DNA of 60,119 bases, filler included, from Squatina squatina (GCA_031763465.1; 3 parts of 3 records of this genome joined end to end with filler, not necessarily neighbours in it), one strand, 5' to 3'; numbered from the whole stretch's first letter, positions 1 to 11,454 are shown. The notes: generated by a model not told the origin, from the sequence alone. Numbers and translations: made by a program.

Positions 1-92
1 TCCGAGGGCATGGCGGCCATTTTCCGCACTGCTACTGCCAACCCCGTTCAGATGACAAAACTCAGCTCTGAGCTAAAGGATATAACCTGGGA

Positions 93-277
93 ACAAAACA
101 AAATGCTGTGGAGCCTGGAATCTGAAATAAAAACAGAAAATGCTGGGAATACTGAGCAGGCCAGGCAGCATCTTCTGTGAACGTTTCAGGTCGATGGCCC
201 TTCGTCAGATGTTAGCTGTGTTTTGCTCTCTCCACAGATGCTACTTGATCTGCTGAGTATTTCTAGCATTTTCTGAT
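93..277. mobile_element. Penelope-like element terminal fragment in inverted (tail-to-tail) arrangement, with hammerhead core
   Basis: 134-173 (cagaaaatgctgggaatactgagcaggccaggcagcatct) is an imperfect inverted repeat of ~236-275. The minus strand at 180-208 reads CTGACGA-AGG..CCT-GAAACGTT. Related copies at ~2061-2113, 34365-34448 and ~40270-40450. Confidence 0.55.
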
Positions 278-329
278 AAAACCTGGGCCTTTCCTATTCG
301 GTGCGGCCCAGCTAGGGTTTCCATATTGG

Positions 330-515
330 TTAGGTAACCAGACATCCTGGTTGAGCCGGGCCAGCCCCTTTTTTTAGCAAGCATCCCAGTGTCACGCCAC
401 TTAGCTGAAAATCGCTGAAATATCCTGGATTTTAGCCAGCGAGAACGGAGGACTGACTGCACATGCGCAGAATGATTTTGTCCCGGTTTGACAATCTTCA
501 GATCTGGTCACCTGA
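330..515. mobile_element. hAT (Blackjack-like) MITE nested in an older element
   Basis: TIRs ttaggtaaccag / ctggtcacctga; flanking 8-mers catattgg (322-329) and catattcc (516-523) resemble a decayed 8-bp TSD. Confidence 0.45.
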
Positions 516-1478
516 CATATTCCTGGACGTGTCCTCACGTGACCTGCAGCCTCCAACCGCCCCGCCCCCACACTCCTACCATTGGTCACCTGACACTCCC
601 ATACTGCCTTCCCACACCAATCACAAAACCAATAGACTCTTTGATACCAGATTAGATGATTCTGGGTTGTCAGTCAAATGGCCTTTCTTCCACCAATGCC
701 CCCCCACCCCCAGTCCCACAGCCAGTTAGCCTCTCATTCACCTGGCTGCCGGTTGGGAAAACAGAGAAAATCTCTGGGTTATATGGCAAGTAATTAGGTC
801 ACGAGCATTAGACCTATGACTAGTGAGCCAACCAGTAGCTACACATGCAAAGCCCAGCAGCCTAAGTAATCACACTTGGAGAGGTGATCCGAAACAAAAA
901 TGCTCTGCATAATTATTACAGCTTTTCTTTTCTGGTAAAAACCACGACAGATTGGTTGCCTGTAAGTCATCTTTGTTCAAAGCATGCATTGTATTGTTTC
1001 AGTCAGTGTGTCGCTGAAATTGCTGGCGATTTGTTCGCCTCAGGGCAGGACTTCATGGGTTTATTCTTTAATTGGGAAAAAAAAATCCTCCAGACCATCC
1101 AAAAATCAGGGCTTGTCAGTGATTACTTCTCACCTGCTTTTAAATATGTGGGTCACATAATCCAGTGAAAAATAACCCAGGAGGACACCTACCATTTTTC
1201 TTTTGTGCATGTGGAGTAAGCTTGTTGAATACTAATGACTGTAGCACTTACAGTGTTATTCTGCATTCTGATTATCGCTTTGTACCATATCTTACTGCAC
1301 TGTGTTACAAATTCTTGCTAAGAAACTGGGTGTGAAAGATTCTCCGTATTTTGACCTAGCCCTAAAAAAGTAGTCAGGTAGATTTTCATGTTGCTAGTTC
1401 CATTGGGCAGGAGGCACGATGGAACTGGTTGGAGGCCCAAACCATCTTCAGAGTCGGGCCTCGTTTAATGATAATTGA

Positions 1479-1557
1479 CTCCTCCATCACCATCCCTGGG
1501 TATGTCCTGTCCCAACAGCAGGACAGACCCACTAGAGGTGGCGGCACAGTGGTATAT
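1479..1557 (+). mobile_element. CR1-clade LINE ORF2 endonuclease fragment
   Basis: Translation SITIPGYVLSQQQDRPTRGGGTVVY carries the APE-endonuclease motif IPGY...DR...GGG; cut by a gap. Confidence 0.6.
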
Positions 1558-1774
1558 NNNNNNNNNNNNNNNNNNNNNNNNNNNNNNNNNNNNNNNNNNN
1601 NNNNNNNNNNNNNNNNNNNNNNNNNNNNNNNNNNNNNNNNNNNNNNNNNNNNNNNNNTGAATTTCAATTCCACCTGCACCCCGCTCACTGCACCTGGAGG
1701 GCAAAGGTGAAACAACAGGTAGTTCAGGATAAAAGCAGAAGGTGATGGAAGTACTCTGTATTGTTATGTAGGGT

Positions 1775-2055
1775 TAGGTCGGATATACAGCACAGAAACA
1801 GGCCATTCAGTGTTTATGCTCCACTCGAGCCTGCTAATGTCTTTCCTCATCTAAATCTATCAGCATAACCCTCCATTCCCTTCTCCCTCATACGCTTGTC
1901 TGGCCTCCCCTTAAATACCTCTATACTATTCGCCTCGACCACTCCCTGTGGGAGCGAGTCCCACATTCTCACCACTCTCTGGGTAAAGAGGTATCTCCTG
2001 AATTCCCGATTGGATTTCCTGGTGACTATCTTCTACTGACGGCCTCTAGTTATGC
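1775..2055 (-). mobile_element. CR1 LINE 3' end fragment
   Basis: Reverse complement resembles the CR1 3' ends at 5340-5640 and 20920-21142. Confidence 0.55.
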
Positions 2056-2114
2056 ATCAATGTGGAGAGAGAAACAGTTGATGATTGAGATCACCGACAT
2101 TTCATCAGAACTGA

Positions 2115-2329
2115 AAGACTTGCATTTCTGTAGCACCTGTCACGACCTCAGGGTGTCTCAAAGCGCTTTGCAGCCAACGAAGTACTTTTTTTGAAGTGTG
2201 GACACTGTTGTAATGTAGAAAGTACGGCAGTCAGTTTACACACAGCAAGATCCCGCAAGCAGCAGTGCATTAATGACCCAGATAATCTGCTTCCAGTGGC
2301 GTGGATTGAGGGATAAATATCACCCCAGG
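2115..2329 (-). mobile_element. Deu-domain SINE, 3' portion
   Basis: Matches the 3' half of the full-length copies at 19210-19672 and 25038-25495. Confidence 0.65.
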
Positions 2330-2532
2330 NNNNNNNNNNNNNNNNNNNNNNNNNNNNNNNNNNNNNNNNNNNNNNNNNNNNNNNNNNNNNNNNNNNNNNN
2401 NNNNNNNNNNNNNNNNNNNNNNNNNNNNNACTACAGTGGTTTTGATGCAAATACTGAACTTTAAGTCTTGAGCTGCAATGTTCCAACCAGGCGAATCTGT
2501 ACACAACCCTCACCGAACAAACGTAATCTTAC

Positions 2533-2625
2533 CTGGTGTCTCTTAATGATGTCTTTCAGTTTACTCAGTAACTTGGGCTCAATGTGGGAGTTTAGATTGA
2601 TGTTGGGACTAGACAAACAGTTGTT
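2533..2625 (-). CDS. SMARCC2: SWI/SNF subunit BAF170 internal exon (93 nt, [31 protein letters not shown])
   Basis: Acceptor ttttttgcag, donor CAG|gtaag, phase 0-0. The peptide matches recalled SMARCC2 NNCLSRPNI...[17 protein letters not shown]. Confidence 0.9.
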
Positions 2626-2730
2626 CTGCAAAAAAACAAAAGAGACTGCCTCAAAATTCTTTTAAGGGAGAAGCCACACATATACAGCACACTTCATGCA
2701 GAAGATAAACTTAACTTCACACAATAATCA

Positions 2731-2856
<126 letters not shown>

Positions 2857-3320
2857 TCAGCTGGATGCTATGGGTATATTTGGTGAAGTGATCCATATAG
2901 CATCACGGTCAATTCAGAGCATTTTGGTACAAGCCTGGGATGACCAGCTACATAAAGCTACAGGCCAGAAGCAATGGTGGATTCCTACGAGTGAGTCTGT
3001 TCAATTATGAGAAAGGAATCTGGCCAAGGCAGGTGAAGTGTGGCAAAAAAAATCAAAAAGTTTAGAGACATAGGGGCAAAAACATTTAAATGCCTGGTCA
3101 GTCTGATTAAAACCTAAAAAAAAATGCAGTCTGTTATACTTGTTTCCGCTCATCAATGCAGCAGAGGTTAGGGCTGGGAATAAAACACTTTCCATTTCAG
3201 GAGCTAAGTGTCAGCAACAANNNNNNNNNNNNNNNNNNNNNNNNNNNNNNNNNNNNNNNNNNNNNNNNNNNNNNNNNNNNNNNNNNNNNNNNNNNNNNNN
3301 NNNNNNNNNNNNNNNNNNNN

Positions 3321-3970
3321 GAAATTATGTTTGACAAATCTGTTAGACTTTTTTGAGGTTGTAACTAGCAGCATAAGTGGGAACCAGTGGATGTGGTGCA
3401 CTTAGATTTTGAGAAGGCATTCGACAAGGTGCCACATTATTAAACAAAATTAGGGCTCATGGGATTGAGGGTAATACACTAGCATGGATTGAGGATTGAT
3501 TAATGGACAGAAAACACAGAGTAGGAATAAAGGAGTCATTTTCGGTTTGGCAGGCTGTAACTAGTGGGATATCGCAAGGATCAGTGCTGGGGCCTCAGCT
3601 AGTCACAATCTATATCAATGATTTGGATAAGAGGACCAAATGTAATATACCCAAATTTTCTGATGATACAAAGCTAGGTGGAAATGTAAGCTGTGGAGGA
3701 TGCAAAGAGGTTTCAGGAGGATATAGAAAGGATAGTGGATGCATTGGTTGTCATCTTCCAAAATTCTATAGGTTCTGGGACAGTTCTTGCTGATTAGAGG
3801 GTGGCAAATGTGACCCCACTATTCAAAAAGGGAGGGAGAGAGAAAGCAGGGAATTACAGACCAGTTAGCCTAACGTCAGTAGTCAGGAAAATGCTAGAAT
3901 TCATCATAAAGGATGTAATAACGGGGCACTTGGAAAGCATCAACGGGATTAGACAAAGTCAAAATGGATT
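3321..3970 (+). mobile_element. CR1 LINE ORF2 reverse-transcriptase fragments (degenerate)
   Basis: Motifs KAFDKVPH, QGSVLGP, F(S)DDTKLGG, then VANVTPLFKKG..NYRPVSLTSVV; stops and frameshifts present. Confidence 0.85.
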
Positions 3971-4210
3971 NNNNNNNNNNNNNNNNNNNNNNNNNNNNNN
4001 NNNNNNNNNNNNNNNNNNNNNNNNNNNNNNNNNNNNNNNNNNNNNNNNNNNNNNNNNNNNNNNNNNNNNNTTGTGCACAGCAAGCTCCCACGAACAGCAA
4101 TCTGATGATTGGATAACCTGTTAGTTGAGGGATGAATATTGGCTGGGACACCAGGAATAATATTCATGTTGCTCTAATTGCAGATTTATTAACTTTGTTA
4201 TTTCTTGCAG

Positions 4211-4345
4211 CTGGTTATGGATAGAAATATGAAATTAATTCGCCCAATGGTCCTGTTTGAACTGAAAGAAGAAACCCCAATTCGTCACAAAGTAGTGTTT
4301 GGCCCACTGGACTCAAACCACTTGTACCTAACATCTGAGAAAGCG
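4211..4345 (+). CDS. PLXNC1: Plexin-C1 internal exon, end of Sema domain (135 nt, LVMDRNMKLIRPMVLFELKEETPIRHKVVFGPLDSNHLYLTSEKA)
   Basis: Acceptor tttcttgcag, donor GCG|gtaagc, phase 0-0, open frame. Resembles recalled PLXNC1 ...PEVIYEIKEETPVFYKLVPDPVKNIYIYLTAGKE. Absent from the ORF track. Confidence 0.75.
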
Positions 4346-4404
4346 GTAAGCTGATGATTTCTTTGTTGCGTTTATCACGGCATTTCCATTGTACATTCAA
4401 TCTG

Positions 4405-5682
4405 TTTCATTTTATTCTGAGGATGTGGGCGTCACTGGCAGGGCCCATCCCTTGGTGCCCTCAGAAGGTGCTGGTGGGCCGCCTTCTTGAACCACTGGTA
4501 GGGGTTTTAAGCAACTGAGTGGCTGGCTGGGCCACTTCAGAGGGCCGGGTAAAGTCAACCACGCTGGTCTGGTCTGGAGTCACATATAGGCCAGGCCAGG
4601 TAAGGACGGAAGATTTCCTTTCCGAAAGGACATTTGTGAACCAGTTGGGTGTTTAACAACAATCCAACAGCTTCATGGTTACTTTTACTGGGACCAGCTT
4701 TTTATTTCCAGATTGATATTTACATTACGGGAAAGTAAGCTGTGAGGAGGACACAAAGGGCTTGCAAAGGGGAGAAAAAAACAGGTTAAGGGAGTGGGCA
4801 ATAAGGTGGCAGATGGAGTATAATGTGGGGGTTTGTGAGGTTATTCACCTTGGTAGGAAGAATAGGGTAACAGAATATTTTTTAAACGGTGAGAAGCTAT
4901 TAAATGTTGGTGTTTAGAGAGATTTAGGGGTCCTAGTACAAGAAACACAGAGAGTTAGCCTGCAGGTACAGCAAGCAATTAGGAAGGCAAATGGCAAATA
5001 GCATGTTGGCCTTTATTGCCAAGAGGTTGGACTACAAGAGTAGGGAAGTCTTGCTACAATTGTACAGTGCCTTGGCAAGACCACACCTGAAGTATAGTGC
5101 ACAGTTTTGTTCTCCTTATCTAAGGAAGGATATACCTGCCTTAGAGGCGGTGTAACAAAAGTTCAATGGATTTACCCTTGGGATGAGAGGGTTGTCCTAT
5201 GAGGAGAGATTGAGTAGAATGGATCTATACTCTCTGGAGTTTAGAAGAACGAGAGGTGATCTCATTGAAACATAAGATTCTGAGGGGGATTGACAGGGTC
5301 GATGCTAAGATTATTTCCCCCGGCTGGAGAGTCGAGACCTCGGGGGCACAGTCTCAGGATAAGGGGTCGGCCATTTAAGACTGAGATGAGGAATTTCTTC
5401 ACTCAGAGGGTTGTGAATCTTTGGAATTCTCTCCCCCAGAGGGCTGTGGAGGCTGAGTCGTTGAGTGTATTCAAGGCTGAGATAGATAGATTTTTGAACT
5501 ACAGGGGAAATTGAGGGATGTGGGGATCAGGTGTAAAGTGGAGTTGAGGTCGATGGTCAGCCATGATATTACTGAATGGTGGAGCAGGCTCAAGGAGCCG
5601 TATGGCCTACTCCTGCTCCTAATTCATATATTCCTATGTTCCCTGGATTATTAGTCCAGTAATATAACCACTAGACTAACGT
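4405..5682 (-). mobile_element. tRNA-derived SINE split by a CR1 insertion
   Basis: 4405-4715 and 5641-5682 are the body and head of the family seen intact at 16720-17180. Confidence 0.6.
4725..5640 (+). mobile_element. 5'-truncated CR1 LINE (RT C-terminus and 3' UTR)
   Basis: Translation includes RGHSLRIRGRPFKTEMRNFFTQRVVNLWNSLP; typical ctcctgctcct...tatgtt tail. Confidence 0.85.
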
Positions 5683-6090
5683 TTACATTTTTAATATTGT
5701 TTTTATTACTTAAACCCTAACACTAAACCCTTTCTGCCTTCAGAAAAGTCGGATGAAAGAGTAAATTCCAAACTTTGTAAAATGCATTGGATATAAAAGC
5801 TCAATGTGCCTCTTGCTGTGATCAGTTAGAATCAGGTGCTTCATGTTCAGGTGTAGTGAGCACAAACCACCCATTGTGGAACTGCTGCTCTCAATGCCAT
5901 GTGAGCTATGAGCACTCAGGGAGTGTTGTCATTTAGCACCATAGGAATTGCTGGACAAAAATGACCATCTCGTTCACCTTCTCCCATCCTNNNNNNNNNN
6001 NNNNNNNNNNNNNNNNNNNNNNNNNNNNNNNNNNNNNNNNNNNNNNNNNNNNNNNNNNNNNNNNNNNNNNNNNNNNNNNNNNNNNNNNNN

Positions 6091-6780
6091 GATTAAAAGG
6101 AGTGGGAGTGGAGGGGAGCAGCAGATTACACGGAATGGAGAGGAGCGGCAGATTAAAAGGAGTGGGAGCGGAGAGGAGCGGCAGATTAAAAGGAGCGGGA
6201 GCAAGAGGAGCGGCAGATTAAAAGGAGTGGGAGTGGAGGGGAGCAGCAGATTACACGGAATGGAGAGGAGAAGCAGATTAAAAGGAGTGGGTGTGGAGAG
6301 GAGCGGCAGATTAAAAGAAGCGGGAGCAGAGAGGAACGGCAGTTTAAAAGGAGCGGGAGCGGAGAGGAGCGGCAGATTAAAAAGAGTGGGAGTGGAGGGG
6401 AGCAGCAGATTACACGGAACGGAGAGGAGAGGCAGATTAAAAAGGAGCGGGAGTGGAAAGGAGCGGCAGATTAAAAGGAGCGGGAGCAGAGAGGAGCAGC
6501 AGATTAAAAGGAGCGGGAGCGGAGAGGAGCGGCAGATTGAAAAGGGTGCTTGGCAGACATAACGGATGGCACCCTGCACCCTCGGGAAGCCAGCTATGTT
6601 GGCGAAGCTCACGCTCTGTCTTGCTGACCTGACGTCTGAAGACTCGCCAATCATAACTCATTTGATGTCACCTTCTTGTCCGACCTCTCGGAAAGGAGAG
6701 TGGTGTGGAGAGGAGCAGCAGATTGAAAAGCAGTGGGAGCGGAGAGGATTGGCAGATTAAAAGGAGCTGGAGCAGAGAGG
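6091..6780. repeat. Purine-rich minisatellite, 33-bp and 27-bp units
   Basis: gattaaaaggagcgggagcggagaggagcggca units interleaved with gattacacggaatggagaggagcggca; interrupted at ~6541-6690. Confidence 0.9.
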
Positions 6781-8250
6781 ACTGCCTCATCTCTCTTGGA
6801 TCCAAAAGCAGGCGATCCGTCTACCTCACCTACCTCATGTGGTGTCGGTGGAGTACCCACTCCAACATTAGTGATGCCCCCAATGACCAAATAGTCAAAT
6901 GTGTCACGAAGCGAACTGGTCAGGCAAAGGTAAATCAATGTCATCTCTCTGCTCCAAAAAGATGCCATCCCTGCACCTCTGTTCCCACTCTAACATTAGT
7001 GATGCCCCCCCTGGACGAATGTTAGTTACATTTTAAAAACTCAATATTTGTAAGGTAAGTGAACCCCTTTTAACTTTCTTACAATGCCTACAACACTATT
7101 TAGCTGAAAAAATTGCGATTAAAAAAAAATTAGCACTGATTTTCCTGAAAAAAACACTTCAACCATCACTCCCCACTGGGTAACATAAGGGCTGGAAACG
7201 CAATCGAATTGTTGAGCGGGCTGTGCCCAATGATGAAGTCACGCTTGCCCTCGACCGCTGACCACCGCACTTTGAGCGTTCCTGGTCAAACGCTCCATTT
7301 GCGCCCCACCTGTGATCGAGTTTGCGGATCACGTATCTGACTTTTCAGCCACCTCAGAACACACAACTCCAGAGTGGAAGCAAGTCATCCTCGACCCTGC
7401 GGGACTGCCGAAGAAAAAGAAATGTACTGAGCAATATACAGGAGGATTGGCAGACACTGTTTACATTTAGACTTCAAATTCTAACATTTAAATTTTGGAA
7501 TTTTTTTGCAATTTACTTTTGCATTTTGAATAATTAGGGGATTGCTGTCAATAATGCTAGAAGCCTAAATTCACTTATTACCTTGAAAGATTATAGATTT
7601 CAGGTCAATTCATGCTTACAGTAATTTATGTTGCTTTTGGGAACAAAAGAACTTGCTGAAAATCTATAATTTGGAAAATCCTTAACCAAAGGCTTCTCTT
7701 TCCTTGATTGCGGACAAGGATGTTGCTTCCAGATCCAAATTCTCTCTGGAAGAACTGTTGAAATGATATCTTCAAATCAGAAAGAAGGAAATTGCTCAAT
7801 TTGGAGAAATTGATGAAGTAATGGTGAGAAGTGGTGTGTGTTCAGTGAGATTTTAAAATTTGCCCATTGTTCTTTGGAAAATAAGACACGCAGTATTCTT
7901 TGAAATATATTTTTTACTTGAAAGCGAAACGTCGATCTTGTTGAGAAAAAATAATGACTTGTTTACTGTCAACGTGTGAGTTAATGTTGCAATTGCTCGG
8001 TAAGTAGTTTGCTTTTGCAGGCAACTTGGACCAAACCCTGCACTGAAAGACAAACATTTTACTTCTGGAAAGGAGTTGATCAAATAATAATTGAGCAGTA
8101 ATTATTGATCAGCTCGTTGTATTTGTAGTGGCACTAGTAATGTGCTCTTTCGATTGTGACCAATTACGATTAACTCCTAATTAAAATATATGGGAGTCCA
8201 TTTACAGACAAAAGTGAATCAATACTTGCAATATTTTCTCTGCTACATGA

Positions 8251-8307
8251 TCCCAACACCAACAACTGTGACAAGCACAAAAGCAGCTTCTGAAACTACT
8301 GTCTCTT
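8251..8307 (+). pseudogene. Mucin-repeat unit lacking a canonical acceptor (pseudo-exon A)
   Basis: 57-nt homolog of the adjacent exons, frame open (PTPTTVTSTKAASETTVS), donor gttagt; acceptor reads catGA instead of catAG. Confidence 0.6.
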
Positions 8308-8395
8308 GTTAGTATGGTTCTTTGTCATCATCACGTGGAATCTATTTGCAGCAATTAATGAATTAATGCATTGTAATTTTTTTTCTGCTGCATAG

Positions 8396-8452
8396 TGTCA
8401 ACACCAACTACAGTGACAGGCACACCGACTACATCTGAAACGAGCACCACAA
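8396..8452 (+). CDS. Mucin-like Thr-rich micro-exon B (STPTTVTGTPTTSETSTT)
   Basis: 57 nt, ttttctgctgcatag|...|gtaagt, phase 1-1. Confidence 0.8.
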
Positions 8453-8541
8453 GTAAGTGCGGTTCTTTCTCATCGTCAACGTGAAATTTATTTCGAGCAA
8501 TTAGTGCATTGTTAATTTGTAATATTTTTTCTGCTCTGTAG

Positions 8542-8598
8542 GTTCAACAACAACTGCAGTGACATGCATTCCGACAACTTCTGAAACTACCATCACTG
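8542..8598 (+). CDS. Mucin-like micro-exon C (STTTAVTCIPTTSETTIT)
   Basis: 57 nt, ttttctgctctgtag|...|gtgagt, phase 1-1. Confidence 0.78.
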
Positions 8599-8685
8599 GT
8601 GAGTATAGTTTTACACATCGTCACATGAAATCTATTTACAGCAATTAGTGAATTACTACGTTGCAATATTTTCTCTGCTACATAG

Positions 8686-8742
8686 GGCCAACAACAACTA
8701 CAGTGACAGGCACACCTACAACTTCTGAAACTATCATCTCGG
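8686..8742 (+). CDS. Mucin-like micro-exon D (PTTTTVTGTPTTSETIIS)
   Basis: 57 nt, ttttctctgctacatag|...|gtaagt, phase 1-1. Confidence 0.8.
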
Positions 8743-8774
8743 GTAAGTAATGTTTTTTCTGATTGTCAATTTTC

Positions 8775-9250
8775 CACTGCACTGATTCCTGGGATAGCAG
8801 GACTGACGTCGGAGGAGAGATTGTGTCGATTTGGCTTATATTTACTGGCATTTAGAAGAATGAGAGGGGATCTCATGGAAACCTGTAAAATTGTAACAGG
8901 GCTATACCGACTAGGTGCAGGGAGGATGTTCCCGATAGATGGGAATTCCAGAACCTGGTGTCACAGCCTCAGGATACGGGGTATGCCATTTAGAACCGAG
9001 ATGAGGAGAAATTTCTTCACTCACGAGGTGGTGATCCTGTGGAATTCTCTACCATGGAAGGCAGTGGAGGCCAATTCATTAAATATATTCAAGAGGGTGA
9101 TAGATATCTTTCTTTATGCTTAAGGGATCAAGGGATACGGGCAGAAAGCGTGATCAGGGCACTAAATTAATTGATCAGCCATGATCATATTGAATGGCGG
9201 AGCAGGCCCGAAGGTCTGAATGGCCTGCTCCTGCTCCTATTTTCTATGTC
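8775..9250 (+). mobile_element. CR1 3' fragment within duplication copy 1
   Basis: RRMRGDLMET...HSLRIRGMPFRTEMRRNFFTH plus CR1 tail. Confidence 0.85.
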
Positions 9251-9394
9251 ACATGATATCAACCCTGCTAAAACTGACCATAAATATGCTGTCTTTCTAG
9301 TTCCGTTGAAGAATTTCAGATGTTCAGCTCTTGGATATTTAAGTGTATAAATCAGTACTGGTTGAATTGTTCGATATAACTTTTGAAAGTTAGT

Positions 9395-9832
9395 GTCAGC
9401 TGTGGGTCAGTGGGCAGCACTTTCGCCTCTGATTCTGAAGGTTGCGGGTTGAAGTCCCACTCCAGGGACATAAGCCCAAAAATCTAGGCTGACTCTCGAG
9501 CGAGTGCTGCGTTGTCGGCGGTGCTGTGTTTTAGATGAGGCAATAAACGGAAGCCCAGTCTGCATCTCAGGTGAATGTGAATGATCCCATGGGGCTAATG
9601 GGAAGTGCAGCAGATGAGTTATACCCGGTGTCCTGTCCAATTTTTATCCCACAATCAACATAGCAAAAAACAGATTATCTGGTCATTATCAGATTGCTGT
9701 TTGTCGGAGCTTGCTGCTGCATTTCCAACATTGCAACAGTGACTACACCCCAAAAGTGCCTCATTGGCTGTAAAAAACTTTGAGAAATCTGGTTGTTGTG
9801 AAAGACGCAATATAAATGTAGCCGTTCTTTCT
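9395..9832 (+). mobile_element. Deu-domain tRNA SINE (SacSINE1-like)
   Basis: tRNA-like head with A/B boxes, central gatcccatgg...ccggtgtcctg core, tail ...tataaatg..ttcttt. Confidence 0.75.
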
Positions 9833-9904
9833 TGGGATGTTTATTATTTGTTGAACATGTTTCTTTCATCCTGTATACTGCCAGCGGGTTCTGCGGGGAA
9901 AGAT

Positions 9905-10062
9905 AAGAACACAAGAAATAGGAGCAGGAGTAGGCCAATCGGCCCCTCGAACCCGCTCCGCCATTCAACAAGATCATGGCTGATCTTCTCCCTCAATGCC
10001 ACTTTCCTGCACTGTCCCCATAGACCTCGATGCCCTTAATATCTAGAAATCTAACAATCTCA
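9905..10062 (-). mobile_element. CR1 3' tail
   Basis: aagaacacaagaaataggagcaggagtaggcc is the reverse complement of the CR1 tail. Confidence 0.75.
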
Positions 10063-10127
10063 ATATGAGTGATGGCAAATAGTGAAGGCTTGATATAATC
10101 TTTTGAAACCTTTTCTGTGCCATATAG

Positions 10128-10172
10128 GTGTAACTGCGAGCACAAGTGTGTCAGCTTCGACTTCCCCCACTG
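10128..10172 (+). CDS. Ser/Thr-rich micro-exon E (VTASTSVSASTSPT) linking the two mucin-exon clusters
   Basis: 45 nt, ccttttctgtgccatatag|...|gtaatt, phase 1-1; same phase and composition as the flanking exons. Confidence 0.6.
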
Positions 10173-11251
10173 GTAATTGATGCACATTTATTTTGAGCGT
10201 TTAAGAATTTTGCAATAATTAGGATTGAGGACGTGAATGCTGCCTGTTATTCTAAATTACTGGCTTTATCAGTAATAGCTTCAGGAAAAGATTAATACAA
10301 TCCGTAACTTTGATTTTCATGGATACTTTGTGATGTGTTGCTCTTGCATGGTTGAGAGCAAAAATGGCAACAGTTAGTTCTCATTAAAATCACCACATGT
10401 ATTCATAACTGCCCTAAATGTATTGGGCAATGGTGAACAGGAAGATTGGCAGAAACTGTTTACATTTAGATTTCAAATTTTGATATTTGAGTTTCAGAAT
10501 TTTCTTTTCAATTTACTATTGCATTTTGAATAATTCGGGGATTGCTGTCGATAATGATAGCAGCCTAAATTGACTGATTACCATGAAAGATTATGGGTTT
10601 CAGTTCAGTTGATGGATCCAGTAATATTTGTTGCTTCTGAGAACAAAAGGACTTGCTTGAAAGCATATAATTTGGAAAATCCCTCACCAAAGGCTTCTGT
10701 TTCCTTGATTGCGGACAAGGATGTTGCTTCCATTTCTAATTTCTGTTTGGAAAGACGGATGAAATGATATCTTCAAATCAGAAAGAAGGAAATTGCTCAA
10801 TATGGAGAAATTGATGAAGTAATGATGAGAAGAGGCGTGCGTTGAGTGTGGTTTTCAAATTTGCCCATTGTTCTTTGGAAAATAGGTCACGTAGTGCTCT
10901 TTGAAATACATTTTTTACTTGAAAGCAAGATGTCGATCTACTTGAGAAAAAGATAATGACGTTTCTGCTGACAGCATGGGAGTTAATGTTGCAATTGCTC
11001 GGTAGGAAGATTGCTTTTACAGGCAACTTGGGCCAATCCCTGCACTGAAAGACAACCATTGTACTTCTGGAAGGCAGTTGATCAAATGATAATTGTGCAG
11101 CAATTAATAATCTGCTGATGGTATTTGTAGTGGCACTAGTAATGTGCTCTTTCGATTGTGACCAATTACGATTGTCTCCTATTAAAATATATGGGAGTCC
11201 ATTTACAGCCAAAAGTGAATTAATACTTGCAGCATTTACTCTGCTACATGA

Positions 11252-11308
11252 TCCCAACACCAACTCCTGTGACAGGCACAAAAGCAGCTTCTGAAACTAC
11301 TGTCTCTT
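11252..11308 (+). pseudogene. Mucin-repeat pseudo-exon A'
   Basis: Same catGA non-canonical acceptor and gttagt donor as 8251-8307; frame open. Confidence 0.6.
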
Positions 11309-11397
11309 GTTAGTACGGTTCCGTGTCATCATCACGTGGAATCTGTTTGCAGCAATTAATGAATTAATGCATCGTAATATTTCTTTCTGCTGCATAG

Positions 11398-11454
11398 TGT
11401 CAACACCAAGTACAGTGACAGGCACACCTACAACTTCTGAAACTACCATCACCA
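11398..11454 (+). CDS. Mucin-like micro-exon B' (STPSTVTGTPTTSETTIT)
   Basis: 57 nt, ctgctgcatag|...|gtgagt, phase 1-1. Confidence 0.8.

Larger units (their letters stand above)
7420..9243. repeat. Local segmental duplication, copy 1
   Basis: Collinear with ~10418-12233 at an offset of ~3.0 kb, e.g. 7444 ggattggcagacactgtttacatttag vs 10443 agattggcagaaactgtttacatttag. Confidence 0.92.

Noticed and set aside
1003-1058. Possible exon QCVAEIAGDLFASGQDFM
   Set aside because: Weak donor (gtttat) and no recognised homology.
5948-6654. 204-aa and 226-aa ORFs
   Set aside because: Products of the minisatellite plus an N gap.
8251-8742. CRISPR-like or ncRNA repeat-spacer array
   Set aside because: The whole 145-bp unit is repeated with no unique spacers; there are no cas genes and the context is vertebrate. 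Splice signals and frame explain the periodicity.
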